Assembly: GCA_038143065.1 (NCBI GenBank)
Contig: JAYQLI010000035.1
Location: 2,720,894 to 2,784,893, forward strand
Length of the DNA stretch: 64,000 nt
Origin: Rhodospirillales bacterium
GTDB lineage: Bacteria; Pseudomonadota; Alphaproteobacteria; Bin95
Direction of reading: 5' to 3'
A program made the position numbers and the translations under genes. Positions 11,910-22,078 of the stretch are shown here, piece after piece; position 1 is the stretch's first letter; each line of letters begins with the position of its first letter. The notes beneath the pieces are model-generated. The model did no database searches. It was given only the letters and a program-made list of their open reading frames with translations, and was not told the origin of the DNA.

Positions 11910-13097
11910 GATAAATTATCCATTCCGTTAATCTCTGCAATCTGAGCTTCGCTATAGCCGAGCCATGTCTTGAGGACCTTATCTGTATCCTGACCGAGTA
12001 TTGGCGCCCCTTGAGCTGGTTTTGTTCCTCGATACTTTAGTCGAAAAGGTGGGCCGAGTTCCGGTGCGTCATCTAAAATTGGATGCAGGGGCACGGCCTG
12101 TGAGACCGCGGCGTTTGGTTTCTTTTGATTCAATGGCTTCCGGTGTTTCTCTCAAAAGTGCAACCGGAACACCTGCCTCACGCAAACGTATAACCCAATC
12201 AGCAGCTGGAGCTGTCGCAATAGCTTCTTGAACTACTTTATCCAACTTGTCTCGATTATTAAATCTACCAACTGGTGTTAAGTAATCTAACGATTCAGCA
12301 ATATCGTGGCGGTCTATGAGTGAGAAAAAGGCCTTAAATTGTTTGTTGTCAGCCGCCGTCAATACAACTAATTCCCCGTCACTAGCTATGTAGCTGTTTG
12401 AAGGAGCAATCCAGTGATCCGCATTTCCAAGCCGGGTTGGGTTTTGGCCTCCTAACATCCGCTGGATTGCTAGAGGAAGCGTGTTGAAAGCACCTGTGTC
12501 ATATAATGGAGCCTCTACGAATTGACCAAGACCGGTTTTTTTCCTACGCCAAAGGGCTGCTAAGGCGGCTAGTGCTCCATTTAACCCCGTAGTTACGTCA
12601 GTCATTGGAATTGCTGTTCGTACTGGCTCGTGTTCGGGGTGGCCAGTCAAAGATTGATAGCCTGATTCAGCTTGTACAACAGGATCGTAACCTGGTTGTT
12701 GGGCGAATGGTCCATCTCGTCCATAAGCTGAAGTTGAAATGTATATCAGTTCTGGTCGTCTTACAGAGTCGTAATCTAATCCGTATTTAGCCATCACGCC
12801 GGTAGAAAAATTTTCAATTACTATGTCTGCTTTGTTGATAAGCTCCCGGGCAGTTGCCAATCCTAAGGGTGTTTGCAAGTCAATGGCTACAGACTGTTTC
12901 CCTCGGTTGTATGCTAAAAATGCTGGAGATAAGCCTTTGTAATCAGGCGGGCGATATCCGCGAGTATCATCTCCTCCTTGAGGATGCTCGAGCTTTACTA
13001 CCTCAGCGCCTAGATCAGACAGAATAAGGGCAGCAACAGGTCCAGCAATTACACGAGTGAAATCAACAACTTTAATTCCATTAAGTGGAGGAGGCAC
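11906..13097 (-). CDS. Family III CoA-transferase, 2nd of the array (indel near 12088)
   Basis: DFTRVIAGP, NRGKQS, ENF, GYDP, PMTDVTTG; C-terminus HPILDD...APILGQDT in ORF 11906-12133. Confidence 0.9.
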
Positions 13098-13101
13098 TTG
13101 G

Positions 13102-14324
13102 TTATTCCTTGGTTTCGACGGCTATACCGTCTTGGATTAACTTCTCTATCTCATTATGGGAGAGCCCCGCAAAGGCGAGGCAATCTCGGGAATGTTGGCC
13201 CAGTAAAGGGGGGCGGTCAAAGTAGCTGTTGGCGTTCTGGAAAAATGCATTGGGCTTGCAATTTGTTCTATTGGTCCAAGGCGCTCATGTGTTGTTGTAT
13301 GAACCATGCCGCGGGCTCTTAGTTCAGGGGCTGCAAGAGCCTCAACTAGATCACGAACAATACCAACTGGCATTCCGGCCGCGCGTAATTTTTCTATCCA
13401 TTCGGATTTTGTTTTTTGTTTTAGGATGGAAGAAATTATTTCGCGCGTATAGTCTCTGTTTCGCACTCGGCTTGCATTATCTTTAAGCTTTGGGTCTTTC
13501 AGTAATTCAGGGCGCTCCAAACCTTCTTTGCAAAATCTTTGCCACTGGCGCTCATTCCCGCAAATCAAAGAAATCAAGCCATCTTCGCATTCATAGTTTC
13601 CAAGTGGCTCTACAAATGGATGTTCGCTGCCATAGCGCTTTGGGCTTATACCTGTCAGTAAGGCAAGCTGAGCATAATTGGCTCCAACTGCGGCAGCACT
13701 ATCTAGTAAAGCGATGTCAATTTGCTGACCCAGTCCATCCTTAGTTCTTGCGTGCAAAGCTCCCAGTATTGCCTGACAAGCAAACATACCGGTGAACATA
13801 TCTGCGTAGGAAATTCCAGTTCGAAGTGGTGGTCCATCTGGCTCGCCGGTCATCCACATCATGCCACTCTCGGCTTGAGCAATTGGATCGTAACCAGCAA
13901 CCATTTTATTTGGACTGGAGTGACCATATCCAGTCACGGAACAGTAAATTAGGCTCTTGTTGACTTGTTTAAGATTATCGTAGCCAAGTCCATGCCTGGT
14001 CATTACATCAGCCCGAAAATTTTCGATTACCACGTCAGCTTTGGCGGCTAGCCGAAAAATCACCTCTTGCCCGGCCTTAGTTGTGATATCCAGCGCAAGG
14101 CTCTGTTTGTTTCGATTAACGGCTAAAAAATAAGCGGATTCCCCGGATCCGTCAGGTAATAAGTCATAGCGCCGAGTGTCGTCACCGCCATTGGGATGCT
14201 CTATCTTGATTACCCTGGCGCCAAGATCTGCAAGTGACAAAGATGCCCACGGGCCTGCTAGCACCCTGGTGAAATCAAGCACTACTAGATCTTCCAAGGG
14301 TGTTGCTGCAGCGGGTTTGGACAT
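13102..14324 (-). CDS. Family III CoA-transferase, 1st of the array (indel in the G6 run 13208-13213)
   Basis: DFTRVLAGP, NRNKQS, ENFR, GYDP, SYADMFTG; corrected C-terminus PLLGQHSRDCLAFAGLSHNEIEKLIQDGIAVETKE ends at 13102. Confidence 0.9.
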
Positions 14325-14408
14325 GGCGTGTTTATTCTTTCAAAGGATCTTATTTAAATGATAATTCAAATCGTGGCCGACACGCCTAGGCCACGTCAAT
14401 TGAAAGAT

Positions 14409-15152
14409 TTAGAGATCTAATTTAGCTCTCTTAGTTCTTCGCTTTTTTGCAGCGGACCGAGCTAGAAGATTTAGCCCCTCGACGATGATCGCAAAGGCTA
14501 TCGCGAAATACAGATATCCTCTTGGAATGTGGAAATGTAACCCATCTGCGATTAACGCCACGCCAATTAAAAGAAGAAATGAAAGTGCTAGCATTTTTGC
14601 CGTGGGATGTTGTTGTATGAACTGAGACACGTGATCTGCAGCGAACAACATCACTCCAACGGCAGTAATCACTGCAGCTATCATGACTTCGATATGGGGG
14701 GTCATGCCAACAGCGGTAATTATAGAGTCTAAAGAAAATACAAGATCCAAAGCCATTATTTGTGCTACGGCCATGCCAAATGTTGAAATAGCATTTTGGT
14801 TTTTTTCTATGTGTTCTCCCTCTACGGCGTGGTGAATTTCCAGCGTTCCTTTTATTAAAAGGAATAGCCCTCCACTGATGAGGATTATATCGCGCCAAGA
14901 GACTCCAGATCCAAACAAGTTAAAGGCAGGCTTAGTAAGACCAACGATCCAAGCAATCAAAAGAAGCATTAATATGCGCATTGCCAGCGCACCTATTAGC
15001 CCGACGCGACGCGCTAAAGGCTGCTGTTCCTCGGGTAACTTACTAGCTACAATCGATATGAAGATGAGGTTATCTACGCCAAGTACTATTTCAAGAGCCG
15101 CCAATGTGGCGAAGCTTAGCCATATATCTGGATTGAAAAGAAGCTCGATCAC
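14409..15152 (-). CDS. TerC family membrane protein
   Basis: LEIVLGVDNLIFI, DLVFSLDSIITAVG, HIPRGYLYFAIAF. Confidence 0.93.
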   Translation of the reverse strand: MIELLFNPDIWLSFATLAALEIVLGVDNLIFISIVASKLPEEQQPLARRVGLIGALAMRILMLLLIAWIVGLTKPAFNLFGSGVSWRDIILISGGLFLLIKGTLEIHHAVEGEHIEKNQNAISTFGMAVAQIMALDLVFSLDSIITAVGMTPHIEVMIAAVITAVGVMLFAADHVSQFIQQHPTAKMLALSFLLLIGVALIADGLHFHIPRGYLYFAIAFAIIVEGLNLLARSAAKKRRTKRAKLDL

Positions 15153-15451
15153 TGTTCTGTCTTGAGTTTTCCAATGCGTGCTGTGAGCTCATCCGATCTA
15201 ATATGTCCACGCTCGATCAGACTTTTGCGCAATCCTAAGAGCCATCGTCCATAGTATGGTGCTTCGTCATAAGTAGTTTGGTCAAGTTCTTCTTGTGTGC
15301 GGCGAGATACATCGGAAGTCATAGTAGGGTCTATTTTGCCCATCAGTAATCGAAGGGCATCAACACGTTTATCAAATAGAGAGGGCTCATATTCGCTTTT
15401 GTCGATCGGCCCTGCTTCTTGGCCACCATAGTCGGATGGAAGTCTAGCCAT
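15149..15451 (-). CDS. Nitrile hydratase beta N-terminal / thiocyanate hydrolase ScnB-like protein
   Basis: DYGG...GPID, FDKRVDAL, RRTQEEL, YYGRWL, LIERG..DEL resemble the NHase-beta N-terminal domain; GTGA overlap with terC. Confidence 0.7.
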   Translation of the reverse strand: MARLPSDYGGQEAGPIDKSEYEPSLFDKRVDALRLLMGKIDPTMTSDVSRRTQEELDQTTYDEAPYYGRWLLGLRKSLIERGHIRSDELTARIGKLKTEQ

Positions 15452-15564
15452 GATTTTGCCTTCTAAAAATCTCGAGATCTCAGTCTATAGATGAATTCGA
15501 GTTAAGTGAACTGGCCATCCTGATTTTTAATACTCTATCCAATTTAGATTGATAGCCTGGAATA

Positions 15565-16452
15565 TCAGGCTCGTTTTTTTAATGTTTCTCTCCAAATTAT
15601 AAAAAGTCCTGATGCAATTACGATCCCTCCACCAAAGAAGGTCCATATGCCAGGTACTTCACCAAACCAGATATAACCTAGCCCGATTGCCCAGAGCACT
15701 CGAACATAATTAAAGGGAGCTACTAATGAGGCATCAGCTACAGCCAGGCTGTGCAGCATGGTTAAGTGGGCAGTAAAACCGAGGCATCCCATAACAGCGA
15801 TGTAGGTAAATTCATCGAAAGATAGCGTTTTCCAATTCGTAATGTACGCGGCGGAAAGCACCAAAATTGAACCAACTAAGAACGAATAGAATAAGGTTGT
15901 CTCGAAACCATCTCGGCCTAAAAGTTTGCGCGATACTATTTGATAAAAGGCAAAGAAAATGGCTCCAACTAGGGGCAAAATCGCAAGCCACTGAAAAATA
16001 GCTGTGCCAGGTTGCATTACGATAGCGGCGCCGCAAAGTCCGACAATCACTGCGGACCATCTGCGCCATCCTACATTCTCTCCAAGCAATGGAGCTGAAA
16101 GAGCAACAACCCAAAGCGGTGATGTGAAACTGATAACTGTTGCCTCAGCAAGAGGCAGGTGCTTAAGGGCAATGAAAAGCATAGAGAGGGACAAGACTAG
16201 CATAACACCTCTAGTTACCTGCAAAACTGGTGCCTTGGTTTCTAAAAGCTGTCTGGGAGTGATGCCTCTCAAAACACCGTAACCAATTGCTAAAAGCCAG
16301 ATAACTAAAAAATAGAAACCAACGACTTCAAGTTGAGGCACGGTATGCATTACTCGTTTGCCCATTGCATCAACAATTCCAATGCAGCTCATCGCAATAA
16401 GCATCAAAATTATCCCCTGAATGGGGCGTTTAGGTGAGACATATTCAGTCAT
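15565..16452 (-). CDS. DMT/EamA family transporter
   Basis: About ten hydrophobic segments; LPLAEATVISFTSP, LGENVGWRRW, APFNY, FGEVP. Confidence 0.9.
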   Translation of the reverse strand: MTEYVSPKRPIQGIILMLIAMSCIGIVDAMGKRVMHTVPQLEVVGFYFLVIWLLAIGYGVLRGITPRQLLETKAPVLQVTRGVMLVLSLSMLFIALKHLPLAEATVISFTSPLWVVALSAPLLGENVGWRRWSAVIVGLCGAAIVMQPGTAIFQWLAILPLVGAIFFAFYQIVSRKLLGRDGFETTLFYSFLVGSILVLSAAYITNWKTLSFDEFTYIAVMGCLGFTAHLTMLHSLAVADASLVAPFNYVRVLWAIGLGYIWFGEVPGIWTFFGGGIVIASGLFIIWRETLKKRA

Positions 16453-16703
16453 CTAAGGACTTTCTGGTGGGCGAAGCAAAATAGTCATCAGCGTAGGTGA
16501 AGCGTCTGGCCCCAAATGCTTGGTGTAGAATTTTACAAACCAAGCTGGAATTTTATCAGGCTGAAGCCTGAACTTGAAATAATCTACTTTGGAAGTTGTT
16601 CGATATAAAATGCGAAAGCTGAAGAGCAGCGTGATGAGAAGTGAACGACGGCCTAGATTTCGGCACTGGATTTATTCTTTCGCCGTCGTTCATTCATCTG
16701 TTC

Positions 16704-17318
16704 TTAAGGCATAGTGGACTGGAAAGCTTCTGTTGCTTCTAACCGAGCTGCTAACTTAGATAGGTTAGGGACCTGATCGGATGCACTCATTTGGGGGCGA
16801 GCTATATTCGCGAAAGTCAATGCGACCACTGCTGAAATGTCTGCCTGACTAATTTTATCGCCGTAAAGCCAACCTTCGCCATTTGTTTTGCTAGCTACTA
16901 CGTCCAACGCTTTCAGAGCGGAAAGAGCCTGATTTTCGCAGCGCTCAACCCAAGAAGCCTCGATTTTTTCTGGGGCATGAAAGCGACCTTCGTAAACAGC
17001 ACTTACGGTCTTCTCCATGGCGCCGACAGCAGTGGCAACTAATTTCATCGCTTCACGCCTAGGTTGTCCACTTTGAGGCAGAAGTGAGTTAGACCCGGCA
17101 ACTTCATCGAGGTGATCGAGGATCGCAGTTGAATCAATAATGACTTCGCCATTATCGATTTCTAATGCTGGAATTCGCACTACTGGATTTATAGACTGCG
17201 CTTTTTCCCATTCATCAAAGGGAGCAACAACAACCTGCTCGAAAGGTTTTTGCATGATGTTTAAGCTAACAGCAACTCGGCGTACGAAAGGGGAAAGATA
17301 TCGACCATAGAGTTTCAT
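16704..17318 (-). CDS. Glutathione S-transferase family protein
   Basis: SPFVRRV, NPVVRIPAL, IDSTAILDHLD, ISQADI. Confidence 0.9.
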   Translation of the reverse strand: MKLYGRYLSPFVRRVAVSLNIMQKPFEQVVVAPFDEWEKAQSINPVVRIPALEIDNGEVIIDSTAILDHLDEVAGSNSLLPQSGQPRREAMKLVATAVGAMEKTVSAVYEGRFHAPEKIEASWVERCENQALSALKALDVVASKTNGEGWLYGDKISQADISAVVALTFANIARPQMSASDQVPNLSKLAARLEATEAFQSTMP

Positions 17319-18382
17319 TAATTCAGTCCTTCTTTTTTGTTAATTCGACGCCTTCTTATGCGCCATTCAATATGGTCATCACCAGTAGCCGGAGAGGCCA
17401 CAAGTTCGACGATTAAAAAGCGGTCATGAGACGCTGCGAGGCCTTCTATTAATCCATGCCAAGCTTCGAATACAGCCGGATGGGGCTGATTCATTCCGCG
17501 ACCTAAACGCCAACTGTCCCATTGAACCTGTGCATTGTCGATATCGCCTGATGCAGAAGTCAATGCGCCCTCTGCATCTCCAAGTATCTTGATTAAAGTT
17601 GCAAGGCCAAGTGCACCATTTGCATACCTTGTTAGGCTCAAACCTTTCATAACTTTTTGATAAAGCTGGGCGCCTATTAGAAAGCCTGTATGGCGGCCTA
17701 GATGCCCTCCATCACTTGGGCCGAATAGCTCAGTTAGGAGAGGTAAGCCTGTGCGAACATACTCCATAGCGTAGTTTCGATAAGCTTTGTCGAGGCGATC
17801 CTGTGGCCACTTTTCGGTGGGTAGTTCTGGAGCTTTATCTGGGTCGAAGGGTGGTGGTAGTTCTCCCGGTCGAAAGATTAGTCTTTCATCGGCAGATAAC
17901 TCACGCCCATAGTCTAAAAAATAACCAGCTAAGCCATGTTGTGCATCGGGTGTCTGTGCCGTGCAAACAAATCCGAGGCGTGGATTTTGTAGACTGGGTC
18001 CATTTTCAGCATACCAGCCTTCAAGCATACCTCTTGAGACTTCAGTTGGAATTCCGCAAATGCTTGCGTCTGGGTAGATCCAGCGCGGAGGTGGAAAGCG
18101 AACCCAAGCTTTTGACTCACTTTCGGCCATGTATTCAACGTCAACGCCACCAATCTTGTTTGAGAGGTAATGATAAGCAGCTGCTGCTTGAGCATCAGAT
18201 AACTCTTTGAGCCCTAACTTTTCAAAACTCGAAAGAAATTTCGCCTTATGCTGTCGTCTGAATAAAGCCTTAGTCCAGATACCTGCATCTTTTGCTCCGC
18301 GCTTCAGACTTATGGTTAACATCAATCCAGTCTGAAAAGCGTGATAAAGATCTGCCACTGCTTTAAGTGCACTATCCGTCAC
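17318..18382 (-). CDS. Conserved hypothetical protein, possibly two V4R/ATC-hydrolase-like domains
   Basis: Long ORF packed between arginyltransferase and GST (TAATG overlap with GST); probable GTG start at 18382; no catalytic motif recognised. Confidence 0.75.
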   Translation of the reverse strand: MTDSALKAVADLYHAFQTGLMLTISLKRGAKDAGIWTKALFRRQHKAKFLSSFEKLGLKELSDAQAAAAYHYLSNKIGGVDVEYMAESESKAWVRFPPPRWIYPDASICGIPTEVSRGMLEGWYAENGPSLQNPRLGFVCTAQTPDAQHGLAGYFLDYGRELSADERLIFRPGELPPPFDPDKAPELPTEKWPQDRLDKAYRNYAMEYVRTGLPLLTELFGPSDGGHLGRHTGFLIGAQLYQKVMKGLSLTRYANGALGLATLIKILGDAEGALTSASGDIDNAQVQWDSWRLGRGMNQPHPAVFEAWHGLIEGLAASHDRFLIVELVASPATGDDHIEWRIRRRRINKKEGLN

Positions 18383-18383
18383 C

Positions 18384-19115
18384 TCAGATTTCCACTTCAG
18401 AAACTTTGGTCCATACCCCGTTTTTGAAAGCTTCAAGACCAGGAAAGCGGCGCTTGTAATCCATGGTGTTGCTGCCTTTTATCCAATACCCCAGATAAAT
18501 ATGATCTAAATTTAGCTCTTCTGCCCTGCGAATAAGCTCTAACACGATATATTTGCCTAGACTGCGCTTCTGCTCCTCCGGATCGAAAAAGCTATAGACT
18601 GCAGACAGTGAGTCATTGGCGAGATCTATTAGGCATACCGCTAGTAACTTTCCTTCATGCGTTCGGTGTTCTACCAGAGCGGTATCTACAGATGTGTTCT
18701 CAACCATAGCGCAGTAATCACGCCATTCCATTTCTGCCATGTCACTGTTGCTATGGCGTTGATTTAGGTATTGCTTAAAAAGGTTGAAATGCTCTTCTGT
18801 TGCGCGTGGCGGATGTTCTACCGCGCGTATATCTGAGTTTCGCTTTGATATTCTCCGCATCGACCGAGTTTCTTGAAACCCAAAAACCGGTATTCTTACA
18901 GGCACACAAGCTGAACAACTTTGGCACGCTGGTCTATAGGCCAATCCATGGCTTCGGCGGAAACCAGCTCTTGCAAGGTCGCCAAAAAATGCTCCCGCAT
19001 CATCAGTTTTTAGCTCTATCACTAGTTTTTGTTCCAGACGCCCTGGTAGGTATGGACAAGGTGTAGGAGCTGTTGCGAAGAACTGTCGTATGCGATTTGG
19101 GCGAGGAAGATCCAT
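18384..19115 (-). CDS. bpt: Arginyl-tRNA--protein transferase family (Ate/Bpt; aspartate/glutamate leucyltransferase)
   Basis: PCPYLPGR, GFRRSH, YRPACQSCSACVPVR, LSAVYSFFDP, RSLG, YLGYWI..MDYK. Confidence 0.92.
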   Translation of the reverse strand: MDLPRPNRIRQFFATAPTPCPYLPGRLEQKLVIELKTDDAGAFFGDLARAGFRRSHGLAYRPACQSCSACVPVRIPVFGFQETRSMRRISKRNSDIRAVEHPPRATEEHFNLFKQYLNQRHSNSDMAEMEWRDYCAMVENTSVDTALVEHRTHEGKLLAVCLIDLANDSLSAVYSFFDPEEQKRSLGKYIVLELIRRAEELNLDHIYLGYWIKGSNTMDYKRRFPGLEAFKNGVWTKVSEVEI

Positions 19116-19268
19116 GAATTCACACTGGTGGCACAATTTTAGAGTGTGGCTAAGCTGAGACTTTATAATATACCGTCTTTATATTCAGCGGCAATCTGGC
19201 CCATTTGGCCATTTGAATGCTAGTTTTAGTCATATTTTTTTAACTCAGCTTCTAATGAGACCTAATTA

Positions 19269-19760
19269 ATGATCGATGCGCGTACATTTAGAGACACTCT
19301 AGGCCGTTTGCCCACTGGTGTTTGCATTATCACTAACTGCAATGATCTTGGAGTGTTAAACGGTGTAACTGTTGGCTCGTTTAGTTCTCTTTCTCTAGAT
19401 CCTCCTCTAGTTTTGTGGAGCCTAGATAAAAAGGCAAACTGTCACGAAGCTTTCCGAGAAGCAAAATCATTTGCGGTAAATGTTCTCTCGGAGGATCAAA
19501 GCGATCTATCAAATATTTTTGCAACGAAGGAAGAAAGACCGTGGTCAGAGTTGCGGCATAGACCAGCCCCCGAGACAGGTGCTCCGCTCTTCGAGAATTG
19601 TTGTGCTTATATTGAATGTCAAATGGAGACAATCCACGAAGGGGGAGATCATGATTTGTTCATTGGACGCGTGGTTCGATTGCACGCCTCAGCCAGTGGT
19701 AGGCCGCTGATATATTTTGGAGGAGCATATCGGCGTATAGATGAAGAACGCGTTGGGTAA
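19269..19760 (+). CDS. Flavin reductase family protein
   Basis: FRDTLGRLPTGV, SLSLDPPLV, GGDHDLFIG, PLIYFGGAY. Confidence 0.92.
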   Translation: MIDARTFRDTLGRLPTGVCIITNCNDLGVLNGVTVGSFSSLSLDPPLVLWSLDKKANCHEAFREAKSFAVNVLSEDQSDLSNIFATKEERPWSELRHRPAPETGAPLFENCCAYIECQMETIHEGGDHDLFIGRVVRLHASASGRPLIYFGGAYRRIDEERVG

Positions 19761-19852
19761 TCTAAAGCTTTAAACAACGTTGTTTTTTAGTTAATAATCA
19801 ATGGTTTCTGTGACTATTAATTGCTTGTTTTTAAAACCATAAATAATCTTTT

Positions 19853-20857
19853 TTATGGCTGAACAATGACTTTGCCGAATACTTCTCGATCTTCTATTAC
19901 ACGAAGAGCTTCACCCGCTTCTTCCAAGGAATAGATGCGATCAATTGGAGGATTCATTCTACCATCTTCGATCATCTGCATTAAAGATTCCAAATCCTGG
20001 ACAGTCCAAGAATTAGATCCAAGAACTTTCAATTCAAAAGTCCAAATATACCGAATATCGGTTTTAGGGTCATAACCAGCTGTCGCTCCACAAGTGAGAA
20101 CCTTACCGCCACGTTTTAAAGCCTTGAAAGATGGAACCCATGTCTCTCCGCCGGTGAAGTTCACAACTACGTCAACTCCACCATCAAAAGTGCGCCGATG
20201 GGGTTTGCCATATTTTGCGAAGATAGCTTTTTCGAATGCTTCTTCCTCATAGTTGATGCCCCAATCGGCTCCAAGATTTTTAAGTCGATCAATTTTTTCT
20301 TGGCTTGAAGCACCAACTACAACTTCACAACCGGCCATTTTTGCAAGAATGACGCAGCAGGTTCCTACACCGCCCGATGCTCCTAGGACTAAAACCTTGT
20401 CGCCTTTCCGAATATCGCCATTTGTAAACATCATCCTGTGGGCAGTTCCATACGCGACTGGTAATGCTGCTGCCTGTGCAAAACTAACGCCATCAGGCAT
20501 ACGGATTAACTGGCTTTCGTTAGCAAGAAAAAATTCAGCAAGTCCACCATCAAACATTTCGCCTGTTAGGCCACGCTTAGGATCAATGGGATTGATTAGT
20601 ACGCGATCACCTACTGACCAACCCTCAACGCCTTCTCCAAGCTCGACAATTTCACCCGCAACATCCAGGCCAATTATGACGGGAAATGGAACCTTTATTC
20701 CTGGCATACCACGTCGTGTGAACACATCATGGTAGTTGAGTGAACAAGCACCTACCTTAATAATCGCTTGTCCTGGGCCTGGTTTTGGATCGGGATAATC
20801 TGAGTGGTAAACAAGCTTGTCCATGTCACCGTGCTCTGTAAGGACCATTGCTCGCAT
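19853..20857 (-). CDS. MDR-superfamily NAD(P)H oxidoreductase (quinone oxidoreductase / zinc-binding dehydrogenase)
   Basis: SLNYHD, GLDVAG, GASGGVG, CGATAG, FGKVIV. Confidence 0.9.
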   Translation of the reverse strand: MRAMVLTEHGDMDKLVYHSDYPDPKPGPGQAIIKVGACSLNYHDVFTRRGMPGIKVPFPVIIGLDVAGEIVELGEGVEGWSVGDRVLINPIDPKRGLTGEMFDGGLAEFFLANESQLIRMPDGVSFAQAAALPVAYGTAHRMMFTNGDIRKGDKVLVLGASGGVGTCCVILAKMAGCEVVVGASSQEKIDRLKNLGADWGINYEEEAFEKAIFAKYGKPHRRTFDGGVDVVVNFTGGETWVPSFKALKRGGKVLTCGATAGYDPKTDIRYIWTFELKVLGSNSWTVQDLESLMQMIEDGRMNPPIDRIYSLEEAGEALRVIEDREVFGKVIVQP

Positions 20858-21073
20858 ACTTGCGCTCCATATAACTTTGAAATTAAAAGGCAGAAAATTC
20901 GTTCTGTTGCCCAGAATACGAACTTTTCATTTGAGTATGAATACTTCGATTTTTTTTGAGTGCGCGACCAAACAGCTCATTGAAGGAACTGCGAACTGAC
21001 CTCTGGTTAACTTGGCACACAAAATTGAAGTCCATAAATTTGCCTGGGCTTTAGTTGAGAAAGAAATTCCAGC

Positions 21074-21967
21074 CTATTTTTGATTGGCTCGTTGAGCAGA
21101 GTATTGCATTAGCAAAATCCCACCTATGACCATCGTTGCCCCAACAAATTGTCCTGGCTGAAGTGTTTCCCCTACAAGCAGAATGGCAACCGCAATCGTT
21201 GCCACGGGCTGAATGTTATTTGCTACTGCACTGCGCTCTGGTCCGATAATTGGAATTGCAATGTAGAGAAGAGGGATTGAAGCTGCCTGTAATGCTGCAG
21301 CCGCCAGCATCGCACACCAACCAACATTAGATGTAGGTAGTTGCAGCCCTCCGGTGATAACTGCAGCGATGCTTAGAATGATCGCTGCAACAAGGGCCAT
21401 CTGGGTCATTGTGACCAATGGGTCGTGTCCAGATAGAGCGCGAGCAACCCAGGTTAATTGTATGGCGCATACGCAACCAGCGCTCAGCCCTAATAATAGC
21501 CCTCGCCAATCTAATTCCTGGAAGCCAATTCCTAACATCACAGCTAAGCCGCAGAAAGCGATCAGCGTTGCAAAAATCTTTAAAGGTGAGGGCGGCCTTT
21601 TATCGAGTGCTGCAGCAAGTAACGTGGTTAATGGTGGGTACACGATAAACAAAAGTGCGGCTACGGCCGCTGGAATAAACTCTGCAGCCGCGATATTTCC
21701 GTAGAATAGATAAGACATCAGAGCTCCTGCGCCGATGCAATGAAAAGTTATTTGTCTCGGTAGATGAAATCTACGCCCCGTCGCAGAGCAGAAAATCAAT
21801 AGAAAAAATACTAAAAGCCATGCACGAGGTAGCGCTATGGATAAGCCATTTGCTCCCGCTTCATATGCTAGTCTAGCTATAGCTATGGCGCTTCCAAGAC
21901 CGATTGACCCTAGTAGAGAAACGCTCAGGCCAAATGTGTCATTCGACTTTTGTGCCGCCTCTTTCAT
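21074..21967 (-). CDS. DMT/EamA family transporter
   Basis: About ten hydrophobic helices, two EamA-like halves, IGPERSA..QPV..LVGE. Confidence 0.82.
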   Translation of the reverse strand: MKEAAQKSNDTFGLSVSLLGSIGLGSAIAIARLAYEAGANGLSIALPRAWLLVFFLLIFCSATGRRFHLPRQITFHCIGAGALMSYLFYGNIAAAEFIPAAVAALLFIVYPPLTTLLAAALDKRPPSPLKIFATLIAFCGLAVMLGIGFQELDWRGLLLGLSAGCVCAIQLTWVARALSGHDPLVTMTQMALVAAIILSIAAVITGGLQLPTSNVGWCAMLAAAALQAASIPLLYIAIPIIGPERSAVANNIQPVATIAVAILLVGETLQPGQFVGATMVIGGILLMQYSAQRANQK

Positions 21968-22078
21968 GTTTCTGCAGCCTTCCAGCTAGAGCAATTTTGA
22001 ATATTGCTGCTTATTCCTTTAAAAGACTGCGATATATTGAATCACAGCAACACCATCTCAAATCAGGAAAAAGAGCTT

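Noticed and set aside
21012-21030. Sigma-54 promoter-like TTGGCAC...TTGA
   Set aside because: The -12 element is mismatched and mis-spaced, and it points into the 3' end of an opposite-strand gene
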